In this document: piece by piece, positions 40,155 to 51,339 of the stretch
Position numbering within the stretch: the stretch's first letter is position 1
Layout of the letters: each line of letters opens with the position of its first letter
Assembly (NCBI GenBank): GCA_050951325.1
Contig: JBMNIW010000008.1
Coordinates: forward strand, 288,001 to 352,000
Source of the DNA: Clostridia bacterium
GTDB taxonomy: Bacteria > Bacillota > Clostridia > UBA1212 > DUPL01
DNA: 64,000 nt
Direction: 5' to 3'
Translations under genes and position numbers: made by a program
Notes under the pieces: model-generated
The model's input: the letters and a program-made list of their open reading frames with translations, nothing else
What the model was told of the DNA's origin: nothing
Databases searched by the model: none

Positions 40155-41810
40155 ATGAAAAAACTCGCAGTATTCATTCTCACACTACTCCTTCTATTAA
40201 ATATTACAGCTTGTGACAATAATCTGCCGGCGGAGGAAGAAGATAAATCCAATGACATTGTGATTCTCTTTACAAGCGATGTGCATGGTGCAATTGACAG
40301 CGGCTGGACATACAGCGGAATCGATGTTCTTCGCAGACAATTAATAGCAAAAGGCTGCAAAGTAATACTCGTGGATAATGGCGATGCCATTCAAGGAGAA
40401 ATACTTGCCACAATGACATCAGGCAGTGCAGTAATTGAGCTTATGAATGCTCTTGGTTATGACATCGCCACCATCGGAAACCATGAGTTTGATTATGGGA
40501 TGGATAGATTTCTTGAACTTGCTGAAATGGCGGATTTCCCTTACATAAGCTGCAACTTCAATAAAATGGGCAGTCTGGTATTTGAGCCGTATATAATTAA
40601 GAACGTGGGTGGAACAAAAATAGCTTTTGTGGGCATTACCACCCCTTGGACTCTAAAAAGCTCAACTCCTGCATATTTTATGGATAATAACGGCAGCTAT
40701 GTCTATGGTTTCATGCAGGGAGATGAAGGCAGAAATCTGTATAATGCAGTTCAAAAAGCAGTAGATGACGCAAGAGCCGAAGGAGCAAAGTACGTCATTG
40801 CCATGGCCCACCTTGGAAATGTGGCGGAACACAGCCCCTATACATATGCGGATGTACTTGCAAACACAAGCGGTATTGACGTATTGGTGGATGGACACAG
40901 TCACGACCTTGATCAAGTCAAAATGAAAAACAAGGAAGGAAAAGACGTGTTGCGCTCTGCCTGCGGTACCAAACTTGAAGCCATTGGATATGTCAGAATC
41001 ACCCCGGATGGAACAATCACCACTGGATTATACAAGTGGGACAATGAAGAAAATGCAGTTGAGCTTTTGGGTCTTGATTCATACATGAATGAGGCCTGCA
41101 AGAAGGCAAAAGAAACACTTGCCAAGACCATAACGGAAGTAGTCGCAACAAGCAAGGTGGATCTGTTGACAAAGGACCCGGATACGGGTGTGCGCATTGT
41201 CCGCAACCAAGAAACAAATATTGGGAACTTGTGTGCGGATGCATATAGATTTTTATCAGGTGCGGATATTGCATTTGTAAATGGCGGAGGCATCCGAAGC
41301 GATTTGCTTAAAGGAGACATAACCCGTGAAGATATCTTAAAAGTTCACCCCTTTGGCAATATGCTGTGTGTATGCGAAGCAACAGGACAGGAGATCCTCG
41401 ATGCCCTTGAATTCAGCGCACATGCATGGCCGTCTGAAACCGGAGGCTGGCTCTGCCCTTCAGGCATAAGCTACGAAATACATACATATATCGAATCAAG
41501 TGTGGAAATAGATGAAACAGGTATGTTTGTTGGAGTTAATGGAGAATACCGGGTAAAGAATGTATATGTGGGAGACGAACCTCTTGACTTGAATAAAACA
41601 TACACAGTGGCAAGCCACAATTACATGCTGCAAAACATGGGCGACGGTTATACCATGTTTTCTGATAATGAATTTTTGCAGGACAACGTGATGCTTGACG
41701 TCCAGGTGCTGATTACATACATAACCAAGCACTTGGGAGGAGTTATTGGAGAAGAGTACAAAGAGGCACAAGGAAGAATAATCTTTGTAGAGAAAGGACC
41801 TGGAAACTAA
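40155..41810 (+). CDS. 5'-nucleotidase/metallophosphoesterase lipoprotein
   Basis: Lipobox ITAC; SDVHG, DNGD, GNHEFD, GHSH, NGGGIR, PFGN. Confidence 0.92.
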   Translation: MKKLAVFILTLLLLLNITACDNNLPAEEEDKSNDIVILFTSDVHGAIDSGWTYSGIDVLRRQLIAKGCKVILVDNGDAIQGEILATMTSGSAVIELMNALGYDIATIGNHEFDYGMDRFLELAEMADFPYISCNFNKMGSLVFEPYIIKNVGGTKIAFVGITTPWTLKSSTPAYFMDNNGSYVYGFMQGDEGRNLYNAVQKAVDDARAEGAKYVIAMAHLGNVAEHSPYTYADVLANTSGIDVLVDGHSHDLDQVKMKNKEGKDVLRSACGTKLEAIGYVRITPDGTITTGLYKWDNEENAVELLGLDSYMNEACKKAKETLAKTITEVVATSKVDLLTKDPDTGVRIVRNQETNIGNLCADAYRFLSGADIAFVNGGGIRSDLLKGDITREDILKVHPFGNMLCVCEATGQEILDALEFSAHAWPSETGGWLCPSGISYEIHTYIESSVEIDETGMFVGVNGEYRVKNVYVGDEPLDLNKTYTVASHNYMLQNMGDGYTMFSDNEFLQDNVMLDVQVLITYITKHLGGVIGEEYKEAQGRIIFVEKGPGN

Positions 41811-41832
41811 AAGTCCAGGTCCTTTGTTTTAC

Positions 41833-42315
41833 TCACTTTGAATACACCACAATATCTTCTTTCTTCTGCCATCCGCAAGACTCCCAAAAAGAATTTTCAT
41901 CAGGGTTTACAAAAACCATATAATCCTTAATGCCATTTTCTCTCAGATTTTCAAGGCATGCTTCTAAAAGCCTTTCCTCTACCCCTTTATCCTTGTAATT
42001 CTCATCCACAGTCAGATTATGAATATATCCTGTAAGGCCATCCTGACCACAGAGTAGGGTTCCTACGATTTTCTCCTGGTCTCTGCAAATCAGGCTGTAT
42101 TTACTGTTTTCGTACAAGAACTCTCTAAAGCTTTCTTTTTTAATGGTAATATTGCTGTGTTTATTCCAAAAATTACAAACCGCATCATAATCATCAAAAC
42201 TCATTGTAAAGAGTGGCAAATCATCCGGTATAAGGTTGTCAAGCAAATTCTCAAGGAAGTCTTGAAACTTGAAAGCTCCTTCCTGCCTGAACCTCTCCAC
42301 TTCAGAATATCTCAT
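41833..42315 (-). CDS. GNAT N-acetyltransferase
   Basis: VGTLLCGQDG..GYIHNLTVDENYKDKGV..FWESCGW. Confidence 0.75.
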   Translation of the reverse strand: MRYSEVERFRQEGAFKFQDFLENLLDNLIPDDLPLFTMSFDDYDAVCNFWNKHSNITIKKESFREFLYENSKYSLICRDQEKIVGTLLCGQDGLTGYIHNLTVDENYKDKGVEERLLEACLENLRENGIKDYMVFVNPDENSFWESCGWQKKEDIVVYSK

Positions 42316-42518
42316 CTTAAATACAGTTTTGCACTTTTTATCTTGAATGACCTTGACGACAGTTCAAGCGACAAATCAGGACACACAATATTCTTCTTGT
42401 AAATAACTCTCCTGAAAATCCCTTGCACATAGCCTTTGCTTTCTGCACTTAAACGCCACATGGCATCCGCCCAACTTGCACCACCACGTGCTCTTTCTCC
42501 ATAATTTCTTTTTGACAT
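42312..42518 (-). pseudogene. Short remnant ORF downstream of SAM riboswitch
   Basis: AAAGGAG RBS and ATG, but only 68 codons with no recognisable domain. Confidence 0.4.
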
Positions 42519-42574
42519 AATATCAATCTCCTTTCATGGCTTTTGTACTTCCGTTTGAGTCGCCATCAAGGAAC

Positions 42575-42698
42575 AAAAAAAGCTCCCAAGGAGCCCTTTC
42601 CAACTCCTTATCAATGTTAGCATTACCACCTTGCTTTCCATAAAGCAGGTTGGTGCATGGTCACTGAGCTAACCCTCTACCATGACTCGTAATAAGAA
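42575..42698 (-). promoter_or_regulatory. SAM-I-like (S-box) riboswitch with terminator
   Basis: CTTATTAcGAG..CATGG-TAGAGGG..TGA-CCATG..CAACC..GGTG..GATAAG; GCTCC/GGAGC hairpin followed by T7. Confidence 0.75.
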
Positions 42699-42817
42699 GT
42701 ACAATATTTATTTTGTCGGATATAGATTATCATAATATTTCCAAAGATGCAACACCATTCATTTACAATTTTCTTCTGAAACGATATAATTCAGGTAGAA
42801 GAAACAGGAGGATAGTT

Positions 42818-43810
42818 ATGAAAAGAAAACTTGCCATGCTTCTCACACTACTATTAATTACCTCTTTGGCAGCCTGTGATACAGCAAAAAATCCATACGA
42901 AGGAGCCAATAGCATGCAGTTGATACCTGATGCTCAATTTAGTACCGGCTTTGTAGTCAAAAGCCAGAAGGACCACAAGAACAAGGACAAAGTAGTTGAT
43001 TTGGGTGTATTCCCCTATGACAAGGATAAAGCATCTGCCCGTTGGAGCATTGCCCAATGGGATTCAGGTCCCTGTCTGTGGGAGAACAGAAAAACTGATA
43101 TGCCTGATAATGTGCTGACAAATGGCACGGACAAGAAAGTGGAGATTAAAAAGGGTCAGGTTTCTCTGTATCTTGACTCTTCCGGCTACTACCAGGGAAA
43201 TCCTGCCATACAGGGCGACTACTGGCCGCATCTGCTGATTGAACAAGGATCCTTTGCATACAAAAAGCTCAGCAATGAGGAAAAGATATTCTATCATGCC
43301 GATTCTGAAGCCATGGTTCTTGAGTTTGATATCCGTCTTACAGAATATGAAAAAACTGAAATAAAAGGAGACTGGGTAAGAGCTGCACAGCTTCTTATGT
43401 ATTTTTATGTGCGAAGCGGCAAAGGAGATTTCTTGTGGTTTGGATTGCAGCTTTTTGACAACAGAAGCGACAATACCGAACACTACATAGGCTATGATGG
43501 CGGAAAAGCAGATGCATCAGGTGCAATGATTTATTCAATAGGTTCCAGACATGTGTACAAAAACAGCAAAAGAACCCTTTGGAAGAATAAATCACCTCAC
43601 CCTTCAAATGAGTGGATACATGTAAAAATAAATATTCTTCCATATATTGAAGATGCTTTCAACAAGGGAAAAGAAGACGGATACTTTAAAGCAGAAGATA
43701 TAAGTGAATTATATATTGACGGCATGAACTATGGTTTTGAGACAATAGGCACCTTCAAACACAGTGCGGATATAAAAAACTTGTCTTTGACATCATACAG
43801 GTATGATTAA
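42818..43810 (+). CDS. Hypothetical lipoprotein
   Basis: AGGAGG RBS, lipobox LAAC; aromatic/beta-rich. Confidence 0.8.
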   Translation: MKRKLAMLLTLLLITSLAACDTAKNPYEGANSMQLIPDAQFSTGFVVKSQKDHKNKDKVVDLGVFPYDKDKASARWSIAQWDSGPCLWENRKTDMPDNVLTNGTDKKVEIKKGQVSLYLDSSGYYQGNPAIQGDYWPHLLIEQGSFAYKKLSNEEKIFYHADSEAMVLEFDIRLTEYEKTEIKGDWVRAAQLLMYFYVRSGKGDFLWFGLQLFDNRSDNTEHYIGYDGGKADASGAMIYSIGSRHVYKNSKRTLWKNKSPHPSNEWIHVKINILPYIEDAFNKGKEDGYFKAEDISELYIDGMNYGFETIGTFKHSADIKNLSLTSYRYD

Positions 43811-43811
43811 G

Positions 43812-44396
43812 CTATTGCTCCCAACCATATTCTCCTTTTAGTTCCACAAACCTGACCCAACCCACGTTCTGCATGTTTATGCCTTTATCCGTCTTTGTCA
43901 CAAGCAACAGCTTCTGCGACTCCGGAGAGCCTACTGGTATGACCATCCTGCCGCCAACCTTAAGTTGGTCTACCAGCTCTTTGGGTAGAACCCTTGCTGC
44001 ACAAGTCACCATAATTCTGTCATATAGGGCATGTTCTTCCCATCCCTTGCTTCCATCCCCTGTTTTGAAATAAACATTTGTAAAGTTTAGTTCTTTAAGT
44101 CTCTGTTGAGCTTTGTCCATCAACTCTTTTATTCTTTCTACGGTATAGACTTCTTTAGATATTTTTGCAAGTATGGCAGTCTGAAAACCTGAACCCGTTC
44201 CAATCTCCAAAACCTTGCTGTCATTATCAGGAGACAGAAGCTTGGTCATTTCAAGCACAAGACTTGGTTGCGAGATGGTTTGTCCATAACCTATGGGTAT
44301 AGGAGAATCATAATCGGCATATTTTTTCATGTCATTTTCAATAAAGAAAGATCTGTCTAATGAGTAAAAGTATGTTTCAAGTTCTTTAAAATTCAC
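43812..44396 (-). CDS. pcm: Protein-L-isoaspartate O-methyltransferase
   Basis: GYGQTISQP, LEIGTGSG, GDGSKGW, QLKVGGRMVIPVG. Confidence 0.93.
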   Translation of the reverse strand: MNFKELETYFYSLDRSFFIENDMKKYADYDSPIPIGYGQTISQPSLVLEMTKLLSPDNDSKVLEIGTGSGFQTAILAKISKEVYTVERIKELMDKAQQRLKELNFTNVYFKTGDGSKGWEEHALYDRIMVTCAARVLPKELVDQLKVGGRMVIPVGSPESQKLLLVTKTDKGINMQNVGWVRFVELKGEYGWEQ

Positions 44397-44610
44397 ATCA
44401 ATACACCTCGCTTGATAAAAATATTATTCCAGCAAACTGTTCCCTTTAACCTTCATTAAAAATTTGAGTATTAGTTACATCAAATATGAAAACTCCATTT
44501 CGTACCACCCAAATCCAGTATATCAAACTTTTTTGGATTGCGAAATTGGAACTTGTAACACAAAAAGGAAATTGGTATAATTTTTTATACAGTGAATAGG
44601 AGGTATTTTT

Positions 44611-44865
44611 ATGAACTGCTACTACATAATCGGAGTAAGAATGGACAACAGAGTTGGCAATGCAGCAAAGTTTCAAGAAACTCTTACAAAAAACGGATGC
44701 AAAATAAAGGTTCGCTTGGGTTTGCATGAAGTAAGCGAAGATGCATGTTCAAATGATGGCATCATAGTATTGCAACCTTACGGAAACAAGGAAGATGTGG
44801 AAGCTTTGGTGAACGAACTCAACAGTCTTGAAGGAATAACTGCCAGCTATCTTGATTTGAACTGA
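44611..44865 (+). CDS. Small ACT-like protein (TM1266-like)
   Basis: AGGAGG RBS; QETLTKNGCKIKVRLGLHE; terminator follows. Confidence 0.7.
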   Translation: MNCYYIIGVRMDNRVGNAAKFQETLTKNGCKIKVRLGLHEVSEDACSNDGIIVLQPYGNKEDVEALVNELNSLEGITASYLDLN

Positions 44866-44977
44866 ATGAACACAAGCCTTCACAAAAATGTGAAGGCTTG
44901 TTTCTTAACTACCTTATTAGTGCCCATTCATCACCTTTGGTCGATGATACATTTTGAGACTTGATTCATGGTCGCCA

Positions 44978-45668
44978 TTGACACTCCCCTTTACAAAGGG
45001 GATTCTTCGGTGGTAGTCAGAAGTCCATTTCTGGCATCTGTAGTTCCCCGAAGTTTAGGGTGTGCCATCACCCCTCCCAAGACAGTGCTACAAATAATTA
45101 TCCATGATTTAATAATTCTGATTATTCCAGATACATACTGGTTTTTTTAATATTGGCAGTCTGTTAGTTTTCTTATATTTTTTTAAACACTTTTTGCATC
45201 TTGTATGGCTTGATTTTTAACCGTTATCTTCATAATACACCTCCTGTTACACGTTCTTTTGGTTTTCTATATATTTTTGTATTGCCTCTTCACTAACACA
45301 ACCTATTGTGCAACAGAAATAACTCCGTGTCCAAAGCGATGGTATTCTACTTCTCAGCTTTGGGTATTTCTCTCTTAAAATCCTGCTACTTGTTCCCTTG
45401 AAATATCTTATTAATTCGTGCAAAGGTTGTCAAATAGCTGCCTTAAATCATCCGCTACACTTCCAACCAATACCTTTCTCCTGTATTTAGGACAAAATAC
45501 TATATGGTATTGATTTAGATATACAATTCCTTTTATATGTGTGTATTTATTGTTCATTAGACACCACTCCTATCTAATTACAATACAACATATTGTCAGA
45601 TAGGTGGCAAGTATCTAATGAGCCTTCATCCCACTGACTAAAGTCATGGGCTTTCGGCTAAAATCTGT
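44978..45668 (-). mobile_element. Non-autonomous mini IS200/IS605 element
   Basis: LE hairpin nearly identical to the one near 35150-35190, following TTAA; tnpA relic 45247-45557 (311 vs 399 bp); tnpB relic 45088-45233; RE ends GGGGAGTGTCAA. Confidence 0.85.
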
Positions 45669-45849
45669 TTAATATGTTGTACCTACGGTCAGGTTGCTCC
45701 ATAAAGTATATTACAATTAACACCAAAAGGATTAGAATAATTGAAAATTTCAACACAATAAATATTAAAAATCTCCCAGTACATGATATAATATTGGATA
45801 TATAAATAGAATGGATGTGGACTTTAAGGTGAAAAATGAAGGTGTTTTT

Positions 45850-47616
45850 ATGAGGAAGCTTTTTTTATTCGTAATCGCACTCCTGCTTGTTGGTTCAATT
45901 TGTGTTTTAGGCGATGATGCTGATGAAGCAACCAGATGGGTTGCTTCTGAAATGACATTCACCAGTGACAGGGATTATGATAATCCATTTTATGACGTTG
46001 ATTTCGATGTGATATTCACGCATGAGGAAACAGGTTATGTGCTGAAAGTTCCAGGTTTTTGGGACGGTGGCAGAACATTCAAGGTAAGGTATGCATTAAC
46101 CAAGACCGGTGAATGGAGTTATGTAACCATATGCTCCGACAAGAGCAACAAAGGGCTTGCATGATAAATCGGGAGAAGATAAAGTGTGTGGAATATAAAG
46201 GAGAACTGGAAATATACAAAAGAGGGTTTGTTAAAACAGATCCCAAACTTAGATACTTTCGTATATGATGATGGAACACCTTTTTTCTATCTGGGAGATA
46301 CCCACTGGTTCCTTGGGGAAGAGGATATGTCCTCCCCTGAGTCCATGTTTTATGCCATAGTTGACCATAGAGTCAAACAAAGATTTACCGTCTATCAATC
46401 CGAACCCCTTGGAGCACCATATAATCTTGCGGATGGATTTTCGTCGGCAGATCTTGTAGGGTTTTGGAATCTTGATGCCAAGTTCAAATATATTGCTGAC
46501 AGCGGCCTTGTGCATGCAAACTCGCAGCTGTTCCATGTTACCGAGCTAATGAAATATTATAACCCCATATACGATGACGAGTATCTGGATAGATTGTGCA
46601 GGTACTGGGTCGCAAGATACAGTGCCTATCCGGTATTATGGACTACCGCTCAGGAAAGCGACAACGATTTCTATTACGAAAGAGGAGATTCAATTTTTGA
46701 TGCGGAGAACAACCGGTGGGTAAAGGTTGCCGAGTTTACACACAAACACGATCCATACAAGCACCCGCTGACCGCACATATGGAGCACACCAGTTTTTGC
46801 ATAGCAAGCGGTTCGTCCTTTAGGGATTTGGAAGGACATACATGGTATGGTGCACAGTTTTCTTTTAATTACGACACCCCTATGCCATGGGACATCGTCA
46901 AGGATTACTGGGAAAATGGACAAGGAAAAGTAATTGTTAACTATGAAGGCAAATACGATCACCTTTGGACAATGACTTTTGGCGCAAGAGCTCAGGGATG
47001 GATTGCCTTTTTAAACGGCATGTATGGATATGGTTATGGAGCCCAAGGCATATGGGATGACTGGTTTAATAACGAAGATTCATATGATGGCAGGGATATT
47101 ATAAAACCTGAAGACAAAATGGTTACTTGGCAGGAAGCATTAAAGTTTCCATCTGGTGATCAGATGACCATTATGAGATCCTTCTTTGAAGAGTATGAGT
47201 GGTATAATCTTATCCCTAGGTTTGACAATCCGGAATATATCAGTGGAGAGAGTTCATACAAGAATAAATACAAAGATCTTGTCAAATTCAAAAACACCCA
47301 GTACAGTCTGGCTTCCATAGACAACGATTTGTACATACTGTATTTGTTTAATGACAGCATGTTTTCAGCAACATTAAAAGGTCTTGACAACACAATATAT
47401 TCCGTTAAGTGGTTCAACCCTAGAACTGGTGAGTACAGCAAGGAGAAAAATGTGTTCATCTTTAACAGAAAATACAATATTGGTGCAAAGCCGGATTATG
47501 AAGACTGGGTACTTGTGGTGGAGAAAAAGACATATATTTCATTTTACATGCTTATAGCTCTAATGTTGGTTGCGGTGACTCAAATTACAAGACAGGTGCG
47601 TAGAAAAAGGAAATAG
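45850..47616 (+). pseudogene. DUF5060/DUF4038 (apiosidase-like) secreted protein, two +1 frameshifts
   Basis: PGFWDGG, DGTPFFYLGDTHW, WFNPRTG; extra T near 46157 and near 46258 relative to the paralog. Confidence 0.78.
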
Positions 47617-47650
47617 TGCAAGGAATAAAGGTGCCAAAATTAGGCGCCTT

Positions 47651-48235
47651 TTAGTTTATCATTTCCATCTTCTCATTAATATTATCCTCACTTGCAGCCA
47701 TGGCATTAAGAGTCATTGCAAGAAGCCTGTCAAGATCCCAGCCAAGAAGGTCTGCACCGCGCTCAATAACTTCTCTTGAGCAGCCTGCAGCAAAGCTTTT
47801 TGTCTTGTATTTTTTCTTTAAGGATTTCAACTCCATGTCCTTTGTGCTCTTTGAAGGGCGCATGAGAGCGGCTGCCCATACAAGACCGGTAAGCTCGTCC
47901 ACTGCATAGAGCACTTTCTCCATCTCATGTACTGGAGAAATGTCAACCATTATACCGTATCCATGCGATACAACGCTGTGGATGACATCCTCACCCACAC
48001 CACCTTCACGAAGGAGTTCAGGTGCTTTAACGCAGTGTTCCTCAGGATACATCTCAAAGTCAATATCATGCAAAAGCCCTACAATTCCCCAATATTCCAT
48101 CTCTTCTTCATATCCTAGCTCCCTTGAAAACCACTTCATAACTTCCTCAACAGTTACAGCATGTCTGATATGAAACGGATCCTTGTTGTACTTCCTTAAC
48201 AACTCGAATGCTTCTTCTCTTGATATTGTTGACAT
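47651..48235 (-). CDS. HD-domain hydrolase (HDIG type)
   Basis: GLLHDID, VDELTG, KSFAAGCSR. Confidence 0.88.
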   Translation of the reverse strand: MSTISREEAFELLRKYNKDPFHIRHAVTVEEVMKWFSRELGYEEEMEYWGIVGLLHDIDFEMYPEEHCVKAPELLREGGVGEDVIHSVVSHGYGIMVDISPVHEMEKVLYAVDELTGLVWAAALMRPSKSTKDMELKSLKKKYKTKSFAAGCSREVIERGADLLGWDLDRLLAMTLNAMAASEDNINEKMEMIN

Positions 48236-48393
48236 AACTTTTCTCCTTTACAAACGAAAATAAATATAAATGCTTGTGCCACCAGGCTAAATTTTACCAT
48301 ATATATAAAGAAAGTCAATTTGACCCGTTTGATATTATCCCGTAATGTAGTACAATTAACATGACAAATGCGATGTATGGGAGTGAATAATCC

Positions 48394-49632
48394 ATGAGTA
48401 TCTCTCCAAAGGATAAGGAAACCCTTAGAAAACTAGGCTGGCAGTACATGGAGATTGCCCTGCTGCCTGTGCACAGGGAAAAGCTTGAACTGTGGAAGGC
48501 TTTAAACCGCTGCAGGATGCAGCGCCCCATGGTTAGCATTGACCAAGTGCCATGGAATGAAATATGTGATGAGGAACTTGTTTGCCAGGTTGAAGACCCG
48601 TTCTTTATGCATATCGAACTGGAACTTAGAAGAAAAATTTATATGTGGAAGCACTTTCCTGTGGATATGGTTTTAGAACCTTACATAACCATACCTAAAA
48701 TAGTGGGCAATACCGGATACGGACTTAGCGAAGACTCAAAAATCATTGCACTTAACGAGGGCACCACCGCACCATCAAGAAAATACAACCGGGTATTGAA
48801 AGACTATGAGGATATCGAAAAGATAAAGGATATGGAAATCACACAACACAAAGAAACATGCGATTATATTTACCAACAGGCAAAGGACATATTTGGCGGC
48901 ATTGCACCGGTCATGCAAGGACACGGAATACAGTTCCATTTGGGAGTCTGGGACTTTTTAACAACATACATTGGTGTTGAGGATGCATATTATGAAATCA
49001 TGGATCGCCCAGATTTTGTTCATGCCTGCTTGAAGAGAATTACAGAAGCAACAATCGCAGGTATCAAGAAGGCAAACGATTTGGAGGTCCATAACGATAT
49101 CGCAAACACATGCCACTGCTCATACGTATATACCGATGAACTGTTGCCTGACTTTGGTGCAGGCAAAGGTCCTGTATCGTACAATTCATGGGCATTTGGC
49201 ATGGCACAGCTCTTTTCCACAGCATCTCCCAAGGTTACCGAGGAGTTTGAGCTGCCATATATCTCGAAAATGGCAGAATATTTCGGCATGATATATTACG
49301 GCTGCTGTGACCGCCTTGATGACAGGCTTGATATTGTGAAAAAGATACCAAATGTACGAAAAGTATCCTGCAGTCCATGGAGCGATAGAAAAGCATTTGC
49401 TGAGAAGATTGGAGACAATCTTGTCATGTCATTTAAACCAAATCCGGCATATGTAGCCGGAGGTTCGTTTGATGAGGATATTGTAAGGAAAGACCTCCGA
49501 TACACGTTTGACCTGGCAAAAGCAAACAACGTAAACCTCGAAATAATATTGAAAGACATATCAACAGTATGCTTTGACCCAAGCCGCCTGGCACGCTGGG
49601 CCAAAATTGCCATGGAGGTTGTACAATCATGA
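48394..49632 (+). CDS. Uroporphyrinogen-decarboxylase-like TIM-barrel protein
   Basis: AQLFSTASP, YYGCCDRL, SCSPW, KPNP, ILKDIST. Confidence 0.65.
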   Translation: MSISPKDKETLRKLGWQYMEIALLPVHREKLELWKALNRCRMQRPMVSIDQVPWNEICDEELVCQVEDPFFMHIELELRRKIYMWKHFPVDMVLEPYITIPKIVGNTGYGLSEDSKIIALNEGTTAPSRKYNRVLKDYEDIEKIKDMEITQHKETCDYIYQQAKDIFGGIAPVMQGHGIQFHLGVWDFLTTYIGVEDAYYEIMDRPDFVHACLKRITEATIAGIKKANDLEVHNDIANTCHCSYVYTDELLPDFGAGKGPVSYNSWAFGMAQLFSTASPKVTEEFELPYISKMAEYFGMIYYGCCDRLDDRLDIVKKIPNVRKVSCSPWSDRKAFAEKIGDNLVMSFKPNPAYVAGGSFDEDIVRKDLRYTFDLAKANNVNLEIILKDISTVCFDPSRLARWAKIAMEVVQS

Positions 49633-51315
49633 AAAAGATTCTGTTAACTGTAATAGCTTTTATACTTTTAGGCCTTGTAATTGTTTGCAGTAATGACATT
49701 GGCACAGTCAACCAGTGGGTTGCATCCGAAATGACTTTTGAAAGCGAACAAGACTATGCAAGTCCATTTTACGATGTAGACTTCGACGTAATATTCACTC
49801 ACAAGAAAACTGGATTCGAACTTAAGATCCCTGGTTTCTGGGATGGGGGCAAAGTATTTAAAGTAAGGTTTGCATTAACACAGGTTGGCGAATGGAGCTT
49901 TGTTACCGTATGCTCTGACAAAGATAATACCGGGCTGCATAACAAGTCGGGGAGAATAATGTGTGTGGAATATAATGGAGAGCTTGAGATATATAAAAGG
50001 GGGTTTGTAAAGACAGATCCTAACCTCAGGTATTTCGTATATGATGATGGTACACCCTTCTTCTATCTGGGAGACACACATTGGGTGATTGGCGAAGAGG
50101 ATATTTCCACACCCGAGTCCAAGTTTTATAAAATCATAGACCACAGGGTCAAGCAAAGATTCACCGTATACCAGTCACAACCTCTTGGAGTGCCATACTT
50201 GCTCTCCGATGGGGTTTCAGAAGATGATCTCAAGGGTTTTCGGGCTCTGGATGTAAGATTCAAGTATATTGCCGATAGCGGTCTTGTGCATGCCAATTCA
50301 CAGCTGTTTCATGTGCGAGAACTCATGAAATATAAAATGCCGATGTACACTGATGAGTATCTGGACAGATTATGCAGATACTGGGTTGCCAGGTATAGTG
50401 CCTACCCGGTTTTATGGACGACTGCCCAGGAAAGCGACAATGACTTCTACTTTGAAAGAGGAGACTCAATTTTCGATGCAGCCAACAACCGATGGATAAA
50501 AGTTGCACAGTGCATTCATAAATACGATCCATACAAACATCCTCTTACCGCACATATGGAACATACCAGCTTTTGCACAGCAAGCGGGTCGTCATTCAGA
50601 GATGTTGAAGGGCACACCTGGTACGCCGCTCAATTTTCTTTCAATTACGACATGCCTATGCCTTTGGACATAGTCAAGGATTACTGGGAAAACGGACAAG
50701 GAAAAGTAGTTATAAACTACGAAGGAAAGTACGACCATCTTTGGACAAAGACTTTTGGTTCAAGAGCCCAGGGCTGGATTGCCTTCCTGAATGGAATGTA
50801 TGGTTATGGGTATGGAGCTCAAGGAATATGGGATGTCTGGTTCAACAATGAGGACACATACGCGCTCCTTCTTAGAAGAACATGAATGGTGGAAACTAAC
50901 TCCTAGATTTGATGATAAAGGATATATGGAAAGCAGAAGTTCCTTTAGGAACGAATATAAAGAGCTGATAACACGCAAAAACATACACTACAGCCTGGCT
51001 ACAATAGGCAACGACTTGTATGTACTGTACTTGTTTAATAACACAGTGCAGTCTGCTACTTTAAAAGGTCTTACAAATACAATTTATACTGCAAAATGGT
51101 TCAACCCAAGAACCGGTGAATACATTAATGAAAAGAATGTGTTTATACTCACAGGGAGGTATAAAATAGATGAAAAACCAGACAATGAAGACTGGATTTT
51201 TGTCATGGAGAAAAAAGTAAATATCTCCTTCTACATGATACTTTCATTTATGCTGGTTGTCATCACACAGCTTGCAAGGCAAATAAAAAGAGGAAAAAAA
51301 GAAGCCAGGATTTAA
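49629..51315 (+). pseudogene. Second DUF5060/DUF4038 paralog, frameshifted by an ~89-bp deletion near 50862
   Basis: High similarity to 45850-47616; segment equivalent to 47087-47175 is missing. Confidence 0.8.
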
Positions 51316-51339
51316 TTAATCTTGGCTTCTTTATGTTTG

